From the NCBI GenBank assembly GCA_030949985.1, contig JAUZRX010000024.1, positions 2,526 through 66,525 on the forward strand: DNA of 64,000 nt, read 5' to 3'. The position numbers were made by a program, and so were the translations under genes. The notes beneath the pieces were generated by a model. It was not told where the DNA came from. It saw nothing but the letters and a program-made list of their open reading frames with translations, and did no database searches. Below, one piece after another: positions 21,087 to 30,278 of this stretch; the stretch's first letter is position 1, and each line of letters starts with the position of its first letter. Source of the stretch: Acidobacteriota bacterium (lineage in GTDB: Bacteria > Acidobacteriota > Polarisedimenticolia > J045).

Positions 21087-22931
21087 ATGACCGCTAGACC
21101 CCTGATCGACATGTTGCGCCGGCTGACCCCACCCGCGATCGAGGAGATCCTCATGCGGGAGCGGGTGGTTCGGCGTGCCCAGGCTTACGCGGCCGAAAAT
21201 CGCGTGGACGAGGTCTGGCTCGAGCGGGGCGCCCTGCGGGCTCACGTGTCGGGATCGTCGGAAACGCCCTACCACGCCGTGATTCGCCTGCGGGAGGGGC
21301 ATCTGGATGCCGAATGTTCCTGCCCCTACGAGCGCGGGCTGTGCTGGCATGTGGGGGCCATCCTGCTGACTCTCTCGAGCCACGGAGAACTGATCGACGC
21401 CCTCGAGGAAAACCTGGCCCCCGTCCTCCAGGAGGAGGAAGGCAGCGGGCCTGCCACCGCCGAGGATGACCAGGCGGGCGCTCCGGCCCCGCAAGGCGGG
21501 GTCCGCGCTGCGGGACCCACCGCCGCCCAGCAGGCCGCCTTGCGCCAGGCCCGCCGGGAGGAAGTGCAGGAACATCTGCTGGGCTGGCCTCGCCAGCGCC
21601 TGGTGGACCTGCTGACCGAGTTGGCCCTGGACGACGCCGGAGTGGAGGCCCGGATCCAGCGTTTCCAGGAGGAGCCCACCGACATCGACCTGCGGCTTTT
21701 TCGGCAGGCTGGAAAGACGGCTCTCCGCCCGGGGGTCGTGTTGGATCGCTACGAGGTGGCCCGTATCGCCGCGGACTTGCACGAGGTGGCCGCTTCGGTG
21801 CGGCGCCTGGTCCATTCCGGGCACCCGGAGCAAGCCCTGGATCTGCTGCTGGAACTGGCCTCCATGGCCTGGGCTCGGGCGGCCGAAGTGGACGACCGGG
21901 ACGGGGCCCTCGAAGGATTCGTGCGGGAAGTCCTGCGCACCTGGATCCAGGGCTGGGAAGAGATCGACGGGCGGGACCGCCAGCGCCTGGCTCGCGAGGT
22001 TTTCGGCTGGCTGATGGAGGACGCCGGGGCCCTGACCCGAGGCCTGATCTTCGAGGGCCGTGGGACCCTCGGACCGACCGGTCTCGAGACGCTGTCGAAC
22101 CTGCTCGCGCCGTTGCTCGAGCAGCGGCAGCAGCAGCGTCCGGCCATCCTGGGCGGAGAGGATGGCTGGACCCACGCGGATCCCCTGGCGGAGCGGATTC
22201 GGGCGGCCTTGCGGGAAACCGCCGAGGCCCGTGGCGACCTGGATGAATTTCTGCGGCACTGCGACCCGTCGGGAGGGCACGGCGTCGAGGTGCTGGCGGC
22301 TGCCCGCCGCCTGGAGAGAGAGGGCCGGCTCGACGAGGCCCTGGACTGGGTCGAAAAAGGTCGTCGCCGGGCCCGCGGCACGGCCCGGGCCAGCCTCGAG
22401 GACCTGCGGATTTCCCTGCTCCACCGCCTCGGTCGCAGGCGCCAGGCCATCGAGGCCGCCTGGGAGATCTTCGTCGCTCAGCCCGGGGCCCACACCTTCG
22501 CTCGACTCCAGGAAACGGCCGGCGAGCACGAACGCGGGCAATGGCGGACCCGGGCGATCGACCATGCGGAGGCCAGTTCGGATGCCACGGCTTTCGTGGA
22601 GATTTGCCTGGCGGCCCGGGAGGTCGAGCGGTTGGCGCATCGCCTCGATGCCAGCCCGGGCTTCATCCTGGCCGCCGCGCCGACAGTCCTGGAGCGGACC
22701 GCGCTGATGCTCGAAGATCGCAGCGCCTGGGCGTCTATGAAGATCTACCAGCACCTGGCGACCCGCCTGCTCGCCGAGGGCGACGCACGGCACTACGGCA
22801 AGGTCCGGGAGCATCTGGAAGGCCTTCGCCGGGCCTGCGGGAAAGACGAGAACGGTCCTGCCTGGGAGGCACACCTCGAGCAGCTGGCCAGGAACTTCGC
22901 CGTGGTACGGGCCTGGTTCCCGTCGCCATAG
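21087..22931 (+). CDS. SWIM zinc-finger family protein (N-terminal SWIM CxCx7CxH, long helical C-terminal region)
   Basis: HLDAECSCPYERGLCWHVGAILL matches the SWIM CxCxnCxH signature; AGGAAG RBS before ATG 21087 (track ORF from 21048); divergent from the kinase gene. Confidence 0.7.
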   Translation: MTARPLIDMLRRLTPPAIEEILMRERVVRRAQAYAAENRVDEVWLERGALRAHVSGSSETPYHAVIRLREGHLDAECSCPYERGLCWHVGAILLTLSSHGELIDALEENLAPVLQEEEGSGPATAEDDQAGAPAPQGGVRAAGPTAAQQAALRQARREEVQEHLLGWPRQRLVDLLTELALDDAGVEARIQRFQEEPTDIDLRLFRQAGKTALRPGVVLDRYEVARIAADLHEVAASVRRLVHSGHPEQALDLLLELASMAWARAAEVDDRDGALEGFVREVLRTWIQGWEEIDGRDRQRLAREVFGWLMEDAGALTRGLIFEGRGTLGPTGLETLSNLLAPLLEQRQQQRPAILGGEDGWTHADPLAERIRAALRETAEARGDLDEFLRHCDPSGGHGVEVLAAARRLEREGRLDEALDWVEKGRRRARGTARASLEDLRISLLHRLGRRRQAIEAAWEIFVAQPGAHTFARLQETAGEHERGQWRTRAIDHAEASSDATAFVEICLAAREVERLAHRLDASPGFILAAAPTVLERTALMLEDRSAWASMKIYQHLATRLLAEGDARHYGKVREHLEGLRRACGKDENGPAWEAHLEQLARNFAVVRAWFPSP

Positions 22932-22965
22932 CCTGCCGGCCCGGAAGTCGAGGGGAACGACGTTT

Positions 22966-23454
22966 TCAGACTCCCGGGAGAGCTTCGAGCAGGACCACCA
23001 CCCGCGTCCCGTCGCCGTTTCCGCCGGCCTCCACCGAAGCCCAGGCGAGGGTCCCACGGATCTGGCCGATGGCCTGCTCCTCGCTGGGGTGTCTGCTGAG
23101 ATCCTCGAACTCCGGCCGGCCCACGATCGTTCGCAGGGCCTCGAGAGCGGCCGCGACGCTCTCTTCCGCCGGAAGTTGCCCGGCATCCAGCCGATACCAC
23201 GCCACCGACAGCGGGCTTGCGCCGAAGCGACCCTGGTCGAGCAATCTCCAGGATTTCGGCCAGGGCACTTCGGGCGGGGCCTCGGGCGGGGTGGCGAGAG
23301 CTCCGGCGCGTGGCCCGCCTTCCGGGAAGAGGGCTGCGCCCGTCGGGGCGTCCTCCGCTCCGGCCCGCCGGTCAGCGTTGTCGGCAGGGCCGCAACCTGC
23401 GGCCAGGAGCGTCGTCAGCAGAAGCGATGCGAGCCGGGCGCTGCGGAATCCCAT
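22966..23454 (-). CDS. Small lipoprotein (162 aa), unknown function
   Basis: MGFRSARLASLLLTTLLAAGCGPADN: signal peptide plus lipobox LAAGC. Confidence 0.55.
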   Translation of the reverse strand: MGFRSARLASLLLTTLLAAGCGPADNADRRAGAEDAPTGAALFPEGGPRAGALATPPEAPPEVPWPKSWRLLDQGRFGASPLSVAWYRLDAGQLPAEESVAAALEALRTIVGRPEFEDLSRHPSEEQAIGQIRGTLAWASVEAGGNGDGTRVVVLLEALPGV

Positions 23455-23576
23455 GGCCCGAGCATGGCACGAAGCCCCCCGGCTCCGCCATCGCCGGGGC
23501 GGTGTTTCCCGCGCGGCAGGGACCTATATTCGCCGGGAAGGTGTGCGGGACCGCTGAACGGCGGCGCGAGGAGACC

Positions 23577-25022
23577 GTGCGGACGACCAGAGGAGTCGAG
23601 ACCACCCCCGTCATCGAAGCGGGTACCGAGTTCGCCGGAGGATGGCGGGTCGAGCGGGTATTGACGGAGGTTGCCGGCCTCGAAGCCTACTACGCCGTCG
23701 ATGGCGCCTACGGGCGGGCGATTTGCTTCCTGCTGCCGCCCGACGCTCCAGACCCCGAACTCGACGAGGAGGCCGCCGCAGCCTGGGGCACGACGCGCTG
23801 CATTCTGAGAGATCCGGTCCTCGGACGTATCGTCCTCGATGAAGTGCCCGAGGGACCTCTCTTCGCCGACCGGCTCGCGGAGGGCTGGACTCCCGGCGCG
23901 GCCTTCCTCGATCCGATCAGCACCGTCCTTCGCCGGGAGCACCGCCGGGGGCGCTGGCACGGTCAACTGGCGCCCGATCGTGTGGTTCTGGGAGCGGACC
24001 ACGTAGCCATCGCCGGGTGGGGACTGTGTGACGGGGACGCTTCCGATCTCAGGGCGCGGGACCTGGCAGGTCTGGCCGCCCTCTCCGGTCACGCCGATCG
24101 CTCCAGGGGCGGCGTCGGAGACGCCGGGCCCGGGGGCTCCGACAGGTCGGTGTCGCCGTCGTCCGCGGCCCTCTCCGCGCTCTGTGCCGCGATGGCTTCC
24201 GATCATCTCCCGACCCTGCGGGCGGCCCTCGATCGCTGGCGCGAAGATGGGGGAGACGAGCAAGTTCCCGAGTATCGAAGGGCGCTCGACGCCCTCGAGC
24301 GCATCGAACGCAAGGTCGACGAACACCTGGAAGCCGCTCGCCTGCAGGTCGAGCGCGGCGATCCCCTCGGGGCCGTGGCGGCCTGCCGGGAGGTCGTTCG
24401 CCTGGGCGCCGAGGACCGGGCCTTGCCCCTGATGAAGCAGGCCCGGCGCCAGGCCCGGGACATGCTCGGCGGCCGCCGGCCTTTCGTGCGCCGCGCCTGG
24501 ATTGTCGCGGCGGGAGCGGTGGGGCTGCTTCTCTGCGGCCTGCTGGGCTGGTGGTTGATGGGTCGGGGCGGGGACAGTGGCGAGATCGCGCGGCAGGCGG
24601 CACTGATGGCGCGGACGCACGGGGAGCGGGCCGTGATCGCCTGGTTGCTCGATCTCAGGGTGACGGGGGAGAGTTCCGCCGAGACCGAGGCCCTGCTCAC
24701 CGGGCACCTCCAGGCGCTGGCGGCCCAGGAACGGCAGAAGATGCTGGAGCTCCGGCGGGAAATCGTTTCCCAGGGGGCGAGGCCCCGCCAGGCCGATCGC
24801 CTGGCCGAGGAATCGCTCGCCCGGCTGGACGCCCTGGCCGCCGCCGATCCGCTCAGCGCTGGTTTCGGAACGCGCCTGACCCGGGTCCTGATCGACGTGG
24901 ACAAGGCGGCGGCCCGTTACCGGGCGGGAGCACGGATCGACAACGCCAGCGCCCTGCGGGCCGTCGAGCAACTGCTTCGCGAAGATCCTCTCTTCGGTGC
25001 GGCTGGAGGAGAAAAACGATGA
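23577..25022 (+). CDS. Membrane-anchored kinase-like pseudokinase with periplasmic helical domain
   Basis: N-terminal ~230 aa resemble a protein kinase fold with every catalytic motif degenerate (AICFLL for VAIK, HGQLAPDRVVL for HRDLKPENILL, VAIAGWGLC for DFG). Single TM AWIVAAGAVGLLLCGLLGWWLMG, then ~150-aa helical ectodomain. GTG 23577 after GAGGAG; alternative GTG 23541. Track ORF 23217 overlaps the opposite lipoprotein gene. Confidence 0.5.
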   Translation: MRTTRGVETTPVIEAGTEFAGGWRVERVLTEVAGLEAYYAVDGAYGRAICFLLPPDAPDPELDEEAAAAWGTTRCILRDPVLGRIVLDEVPEGPLFADRLAEGWTPGAAFLDPISTVLRREHRRGRWHGQLAPDRVVLGADHVAIAGWGLCDGDASDLRARDLAGLAALSGHADRSRGGVGDAGPGGSDRSVSPSSAALSALCAAMASDHLPTLRAALDRWREDGGDEQVPEYRRALDALERIERKVDEHLEAARLQVERGDPLGAVAACREVVRLGAEDRALPLMKQARRQARDMLGGRRPFVRRAWIVAAGAVGLLLCGLLGWWLMGRGGDSGEIARQAALMARTHGERAVIAWLLDLRVTGESSAETEALLTGHLQALAAQERQKMLELRREIVSQGARPRQADRLAEESLARLDALAAADPLSAGFGTRLTRVLIDVDKAAARYRAGARIDNASALRAVEQLLREDPLFGAAGGEKR

Positions 25023-26773
25023 GCGGCCTCGGTGCCATGCCCGGCAGGTTCCGGTGTCCCGCCGTCTGGGTTCTCTTCGTACTCCTGGGAGTGTCGGGGC
25101 CGAGCCAGGCGCTCCGCCTGGGGAACCGCGCTGCTGCGGACAGGAGCGCGGCGCGGCCCCTGCGGGAGGTCGATCTGGTGCGCGTACTCGCCGGCGAGGT
25201 CGAGGCGGGCGCCGCCGCGAGAGCGGCTCTCGAGCGCCTGCCCGCCCGCTGTCGACCGAGTCGGGCCCTGGCGAAGGAGGCCTGCGACGACGATCTCCGC
25301 TGCGCCTGGCTCTACGCCCGGGGCGAGGTGGTCCGTGCCTGGAGCGCTGAGGTGGCGCGGGGGCGGAAAGATGCGGCGGCCTGGCTGCACCGTGCGGCGG
25401 ACCGCCTGGCCGCCGGCGGGGCCTGCGGGCGCGGGGCGGCGCGCCGGGGAGCGTGGGAAGCCGATCGCCGCCAGGCGGCCGTGGATGATGGACGGGTTCA
25501 GCTGGCTCGGTTGCTGGAAGTGCGCCGACGGACCCACGCCGCCCTGCTGGCGGGAAGCGTCGCGCGCAGGGTGGAAGCGCTGGTGGCGGCGGCTCGTACG
25601 CAGGGTCTCGGGGCCGTCGATCCTCAGGCCCTCGCCGCCTTGCGCGGCGAGATCTTCACTGCCGCCCAGCGTGGCACGTGGTTGCTGGCCCACCCGGGGC
25701 TGGATCGGTTCCGCAAGATCCTGCAGGGGCTGTGGCAGCCCGCGGGGGGCATGCCCCAGGGCTGCGGAGACGAACTTTTCCGGCCCGATCTGCTGGACGA
25801 CCAGTGGCGCGGCTACCTGGTGCGTGAGGTCGTCCCCAGGGCCCTGTCCTGCCTGTCCGACGGTCTGCCCCGGGCCCTGGCCGGCAAGGGGCTGGCGCCC
25901 GCGGATCCCGTCGCGGGGAAGGATGTGGCCCGGGCTCTCGAGGCTCTCGCCCGGCGGGATTCCGGCGGACGCCATTTCTCGAGGGATCCTGCTCTCGGAG
26001 CCCGAATGGAGGCACTGGAAAGGGCGTTTCGCGCCGGGCGGCAGGTGGCCTCGAGGCCCGTCGCCGCGACTTCCTCTCCCGAGGCGGCCAGGCGGCCGGT
26101 GCCGGCACCTCCCCCCCGTCGGTCGCCCCGATCCTCGGGAGGCCGGGCTCCGCGGAAAGTCGCGCCCGCTCCCGCGAAGGTCGCCTCCCGCAGCGATCCC
26201 CTGCTGGTGAGGCGGGCGGAGAAGGTCCAGCGATTCCTGGAGACTCGGGAAGAACTGGTCGCCGCCGCCCGGGCGGCGAGGGACTCCCGTGCCCGCCGGC
26301 GTCTCGTCCAGCGGCTGGTGGTCGCCCTGCACCGCGGGGTGTGCGCCCCCCTCGAGAAGCTGGATCCCGTCGAACTCGCCGCCGCTCGGCGGGTCTTGCT
26401 CGACCTGGGATACCAGGCCGACGAGGCCGCCTGCAGCGCCAGGGAGGGGGAGGCCTACCTCGACCAGTTGCTGGAAGCGGCGGAAAATCTCCAGCGGCTA
26501 CGGACGGTGGCGCTGATGCGCCGGGCGGCACGGGAGATCGCCGATCGCAGCCCCAGCCTGGCGCTGGTCACCCTCGATCATGTGCCCAAGCGCTTCCAGG
26601 GGAGTTCGTGGACCCTCCTGCGGGCCTGGGCGGCCCGGGAGGAGGGTGATCACGTGACGGCCGACCGGCTGCTCTCGCGCATGGACGAGGAAACCCTCGA
26701 TCGTCTGCGCGCCAGCGGACAGGAAGAACTGGCGCGGGTGGTGGCCCACGCCTGGGTCGCGCGCTCGCCCTGA
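25019..26773 (+). CDS. Secreted/periplasmic Cys-containing helical protein (584 aa), unknown function
   Basis: ATG overlaps upstream stop (ATGA); GGAGGAG RBS; signal peptide MSGLGAMPGRFRCPAVWVLFVLLGVSGPSQA; no recognisable domain. Confidence 0.55.
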   Translation: MSGLGAMPGRFRCPAVWVLFVLLGVSGPSQALRLGNRAAADRSAARPLREVDLVRVLAGEVEAGAAARAALERLPARCRPSRALAKEACDDDLRCAWLYARGEVVRAWSAEVARGRKDAAAWLHRAADRLAAGGACGRGAARRGAWEADRRQAAVDDGRVQLARLLEVRRRTHAALLAGSVARRVEALVAAARTQGLGAVDPQALAALRGEIFTAAQRGTWLLAHPGLDRFRKILQGLWQPAGGMPQGCGDELFRPDLLDDQWRGYLVREVVPRALSCLSDGLPRALAGKGLAPADPVAGKDVARALEALARRDSGGRHFSRDPALGARMEALERAFRAGRQVASRPVAATSSPEAARRPVPAPPPRRSPRSSGGRAPRKVAPAPAKVASRSDPLLVRRAEKVQRFLETREELVAAARAARDSRARRRLVQRLVVALHRGVCAPLEKLDPVELAAARRVLLDLGYQADEAACSAREGEAYLDQLLEAAENLQRLRTVALMRRAAREIADRSPSLALVTLDHVPKRFQGSSWTLLRAWAAREEGDHVTADRLLSRMDEETLDRLRASGQEELARVVAHAWVARSP

Positions 26774-26803
26774 AGCCGACACGGCTCGAGGGCCGGCCGC
26801 CGG

Positions 26804-27358
26804 TCAGGTCGTTTCTTTCTTCACGGGAGCAAGAGTGACGGAAAGATCCCGTCCCATCATCTGGCGGGAACGGTCCTCGGGAATGCCGTGCTCCTGGACC
26901 GCTTCCACCACGCGGTCGAGCACCATCTCTCCCATTTCGGGGCGGCGCATTTCACGCTTGCGGTACATCACGGTGACGCGCACCTTGTGCCCCTGGTCGA
27001 GAAACTTGATCACTTTCCGTGTCTTGGTTTCGAAGTCGTGTTCATCGATGGCAGGCCGGTACTTGATCTGCTTGACCTCGACCTGGTGCTGCTTTTTCTT
27101 GGCGGCCTGAGCCTTCTTCTGCTGCTCGTAGTTGTACCGCCCGTAGTCCATGATGCGGCAGACGATGGGTCGGGCATCGGCGGCGACTTCGACGAGATCC
27201 AGGCCCTTGGACTGGGCGATGGAGAGGGCTTCTTCGACCGGGACGACGCCCACCTGCTGGCCCTCTTCATCGATCAGCCGGACGGGGCTGATGCGGATCA
27301 TGCGATTGATACGGACCTTGGGTGGGCCCTGACGTTCTACGATTCCTGGTCTTCTCAT
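26804..27358 (-). CDS. infC: Translation initiation factor IF-3
   Basis: VRINRMIRISPVRLIDEEGQQVGVV...PIVCRIMDYGRYNYEQQKKAQAAKKKQ...TVMYRKREMRRPEMG aligns to IF3 N and C domains; exact start (AUG vs non-canonical) uncertain. Confidence 0.9.
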   Translation of the reverse strand: MRRPGIVERQGPPKVRINRMIRISPVRLIDEEGQQVGVVPVEEALSIAQSKGLDLVEVAADARPIVCRIMDYGRYNYEQQKKAQAAKKKQHQVEVKQIKYRPAIDEHDFETKTRKVIKFLDQGHKVRVTVMYRKREMRRPEMGEMVLDRVVEAVQEHGIPEDRSRQMMGRDLSVTLAPVKKETT

Positions 27359-27536
27359 CCGGTGGCTTGCGTCCTCCTTGGCGCCCTGGGCGGGCGCTGG
27401 TTCAATTTTTGCGCCGGGCCTTCGCCATGTCCGGCCAGACGCCCCATCGTATCATCATCTCCGGCCTGCGCCGGTACTTTGCGGAGAATCTCGGTCCTCG
27501 GCGGCCCGGGAGCAAGGGGGCTCGGGTAGGAGAAAA

Positions 27537-28634
27537 ATGAGCGAAGCCAGGCGGTTGCTTTCCTTTGGCGCCGGGCCGGCCCTGTGGCCCGACCCGGTTC
27601 TCGAAGAGGCCTCCGGCGGTCTGCTGCCCGGCGCCGGCGGGGGGCTGTCCGTTCTCGAGTGGAGCCATCGGGGCGGGGCCTACGGCCAACTCCACGAAAG
27701 GGCTCTCGAGCGGCTGCGCCGCCTGTTGGGGGTCGGGCCGTCCCACGAGGTGCTCCTGCTTCCGGGAGGAGCGACCCTGCAGTTCGCCATGGTGCCCGCC
27801 AACCTCCGCCCACCCGGGAGAAGCGCCGACTACCTGGTCACCGGCCACTGGGCCCGCCGGGCCGCCCGCTACGCGGCCCTGACGGGGGCCGTCAACGTGG
27901 TGGCCAGTTCCGAGAGTGAAGGCTTTGCCCGGATTCCTCCCCCCGGACAATGGGCTCTCGATCCCCGGGCGGCCTACTTCCACATCACGACCAACAACAC
28001 GATCGCCGGCACACAGCTCCATGTACTGCCGTCTCCGGGGAAGGTCCCCCTGGTGGCCGATGCCAGCTCCGATATTCTGCTGCGGGAACTGCCGGTGACG
28101 AACTTCGACCTGCTCTACGCCGGGGCCCAGAAGAATCTCGGGCCGGCGGGCCTGGCGGTGGTGGTGATTCGCCGCGCCCTGCTGGAGGCGGCGGAGGGCA
28201 TGCCCGAGGGTGTTCTCGGCTACCGGGATCATGCGCAAAGCGGCTCTCGACTCAATACCCCGCCCACGGCGCTGGTTTTCCTGCTGGAGAAGATGCTGGC
28301 TTGGATCGAGGCCGAGGGGGGGAGGTCCGAGATGATCCGGCGCGCCCGGGAACGGGCCGCCTTGATCTATGGGGCTCTCGACCGCCATCCGGAGGTCTAC
28401 CAGCCCTCCGCGCGGCACGAGGACCGCTCGGTGGTGAACGTGGTCTTCCGCCTGCGCTCGAAGGATCGGGAAGAGGCCTTCATCGAGGCTGCGGCCAGGG
28501 AAGGCATGGTGGGGCTGGCGGGACATCGCACGGTGGGGGGGCTGAGGGCCTCGCTCTACGCGGCCATGCCGGTGGACGGCGCTCGCCGCCTGGCGGCCCT
28601 GATCGATGCATTCGCCGACCGGGAGAGGCGTTGA
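27537..28634 (+). CDS. serC: Phosphoserine aminotransferase
   Basis: LLSFGAGPA...HITTNNTIAGTQ...DLLYAGAQKNLGPAGLAVVVIRR (PLP-lysine) typical SerC; GGTAGGAG RBS; internal ATG of track ORF 27378. Confidence 0.9.
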   Translation: MSEARRLLSFGAGPALWPDPVLEEASGGLLPGAGGGLSVLEWSHRGGAYGQLHERALERLRRLLGVGPSHEVLLLPGGATLQFAMVPANLRPPGRSADYLVTGHWARRAARYAALTGAVNVVASSESEGFARIPPPGQWALDPRAAYFHITTNNTIAGTQLHVLPSPGKVPLVADASSDILLRELPVTNFDLLYAGAQKNLGPAGLAVVVIRRALLEAAEGMPEGVLGYRDHAQSGSRLNTPPTALVFLLEKMLAWIEAEGGRSEMIRRARERAALIYGALDRHPEVYQPSARHEDRSVVNVVFRLRSKDREEAFIEAAAREGMVGLAGHRTVGGLRASLYAAMPVDGARRLAALIDAFADRERR

Positions 28635-28656
28635 CCCCTCCGCGGTCGGCGTGTCG

Positions 28657-30180
28657 TCAGTCGCCGAAGTGGATTCCCTGGGCCAGGGGCAGATCGGGGG
28701 AGTAGTTGAGCGTACAGGTCTGGCGACGCATGTAGGCTTTCCAGGAGTCGGATCCGGATTCGCGTCCGCCGCCGGTCTCCTTCTCGCCACCGAAAGCGCC
28801 GCCGATCTCGGCGCCGGAGGTGCCGGTGTTCACGTTGGCCAGCCCGCAGTCGCTGCCGGTGGCCGATGTGAACGTCTCCGCGGCGAGGAAGTTCGTGGTG
28901 AAGATCGCCGAGGAGAGGCCCTGGGGAACTTCGTTGTTGACCGCGATCGCGTCGTCGATGTCGTCCACTTCGATCAGGTAGAGGATCGGGGCGAAGGTCT
29001 CCTCGTGGACGATGGGCAGGTCATGGGCCGCGCGGACGATGGTCGGCTCGACGAAGAAGCCCGGCCGCTCGAGGGCCTTGCCGCCGCAGAGGATTTCGCC
29101 CCCCTGCTCGCGCACCTTGTCCAGGGCGTCGAGCATGTCCTGGACCGCCCGCTGGTTGACCAGGGGGCCCATCAGGGTCGCCGGGTCCAGGGGATCGCCG
29201 ATGCGCACCTGCCCGTAGGCTGCCAGCAGGCGTTCGGTCAGGTCGCTGGCGATCCCCCGTTGCATCAGCACGCGCCGGGTGGACGTGCAGCGCTGACCGG
29301 CGGTGCCCACCGCTCCGAAGAGGATCGAGCGGGTCGCCATGCCCAGGTCGGCGTCATCGAGCACGGTGATGGCGTTGTTGCCTCCCAACTCGAGGATCGT
29401 CCGTCCGAGACGGGCGCCGACCACCTCGCCCACATGGCGACCCATGGGAGTCGAGCCGGTTGCGGAGATCAGCGGAACACGCTCGTCGCGGATCAGGGTC
29501 TCGCCCACGGTCCGTCCCGGCCCGATGACCAGGTTGAACAGGCCCCAGGCGTCGTGGCGCTCCATCACCTCGTCGCAGATCTTCTGTACGGCCAGGGCGC
29601 ACAGAGGCGTTTCGGAGGAGGGCTTCCAGACCATCGTGTCGCCGCAGACCGCCGCCAGTGCCGCGTTCCAGGCCCAGACCGCCACCGGAAAGTTGAAGGC
29701 GGAAACGATGCCTACCACCCCGAGGGGATGCCAGCGCTCGATCAGGTGATGCCCCGGCCGTTCGCTGGCGATGGTCAGCCCGTAGAGCTGGCGGCTGAGG
29801 CCCACGGCGAAGTCGCAGATGTCGATCATCTCCTGCACTTCACCTTCGCCCTCGGCGAGGATCTTGCCCATCTCCAGGCTGACCAGGGCGCCGAGTTCGC
29901 TCTTTTTCGCCCGCAGGGCGTTACCCAGGTCGCGGATCACCTCGCCCCGGGCGGGGCCCGGGCGCCGCCGCCAGCCGTCGAAGGCCTGGTGGGCGGCGCC
30001 GATCAGGGCGGTGGTCTGTTCGGCGCCGGCGCAACGCACCCGGCCGAGCACCTCGCCGGTGGCGGGATTGAGGGACTCGAGGACGTCACCGGTGGCGCGC
30101 TGTTCGCCGGCGAGGCCTCCGAGGCCGTCGAGAACATCTCCGGAAAGACCCAGAGACTCGAGAATCTGACGCGGGTCCAT
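28657..30180 (-). CDS. Aldehyde dehydrogenase, ALDH7 / piperideine-6-carboxylate (alpha-aminoadipic semialdehyde) dehydrogenase family
   Basis: WKPSSETPLCALAV, ELGGNNA, catalytic Cys QRCTSTRR, EETFAPILYL; GGGAGG RBS before MDPRQ. Confidence 0.85.
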   Translation of the reverse strand: MDPRQILESLGLSGDVLDGLGGLAGEQRATGDVLESLNPATGEVLGRVRCAGAEQTTALIGAAHQAFDGWRRRPGPARGEVIRDLGNALRAKKSELGALVSLEMGKILAEGEGEVQEMIDICDFAVGLSRQLYGLTIASERPGHHLIERWHPLGVVGIVSAFNFPVAVWAWNAALAAVCGDTMVWKPSSETPLCALAVQKICDEVMERHDAWGLFNLVIGPGRTVGETLIRDERVPLISATGSTPMGRHVGEVVGARLGRTILELGGNNAITVLDDADLGMATRSILFGAVGTAGQRCTSTRRVLMQRGIASDLTERLLAAYGQVRIGDPLDPATLMGPLVNQRAVQDMLDALDKVREQGGEILCGGKALERPGFFVEPTIVRAAHDLPIVHEETFAPILYLIEVDDIDDAIAVNNEVPQGLSSAIFTTNFLAAETFTSATGSDCGLANVNTGTSGAEIGGAFGGEKETGGGRESGSDSWKAYMRRQTCTLNYSPDLPLAQGIHFGD

Positions 30181-30278
30181 GTGATTTCCTCCCAAGGGTG
30201 GAGGAGGATTCTATACTTGGCGGAGAGCCGCGCCACGATGCCCCGGGTTCCTCTCGGCCGGGAGCGAGGAGAGCAGGA

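Noticed and set aside
20993-21154. N-terminal extension of the kinase ORF to 21154 (54 extra codons, MRISS...)
   Set aside because: It would overlap the divergent SWIM gene by ~100 nt. The internal ATG (MFFPEH) has a GGAGATCC RBS and leaves a 94-nt divergent promoter region
21051-23186. 711-aa minus-strand ORF
   Set aside because: Antisense to the SWIM gene; P/G/R-rich junk translation; the plus strand has the SWIM signature and an RBS
23217-23576. 5' extension of the membrane pseudokinase ORF from 23217
   Set aside because: Overlaps the oppositely oriented lipoprotein gene, whose own signal peptide and lipobox are convincing. The first RBS-supported in-frame start is GTG 23577 (or 23541)
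23415-26332. 518-aa and 471-aa minus-strand ORFs (23415..24971, 24917..26332)
   Set aside because: Antisense to the pseudokinase/secreted-protein genes. The plus-strand frames have RBS, signal peptide, TM helix, ATGA coupling and GC-rich third positions
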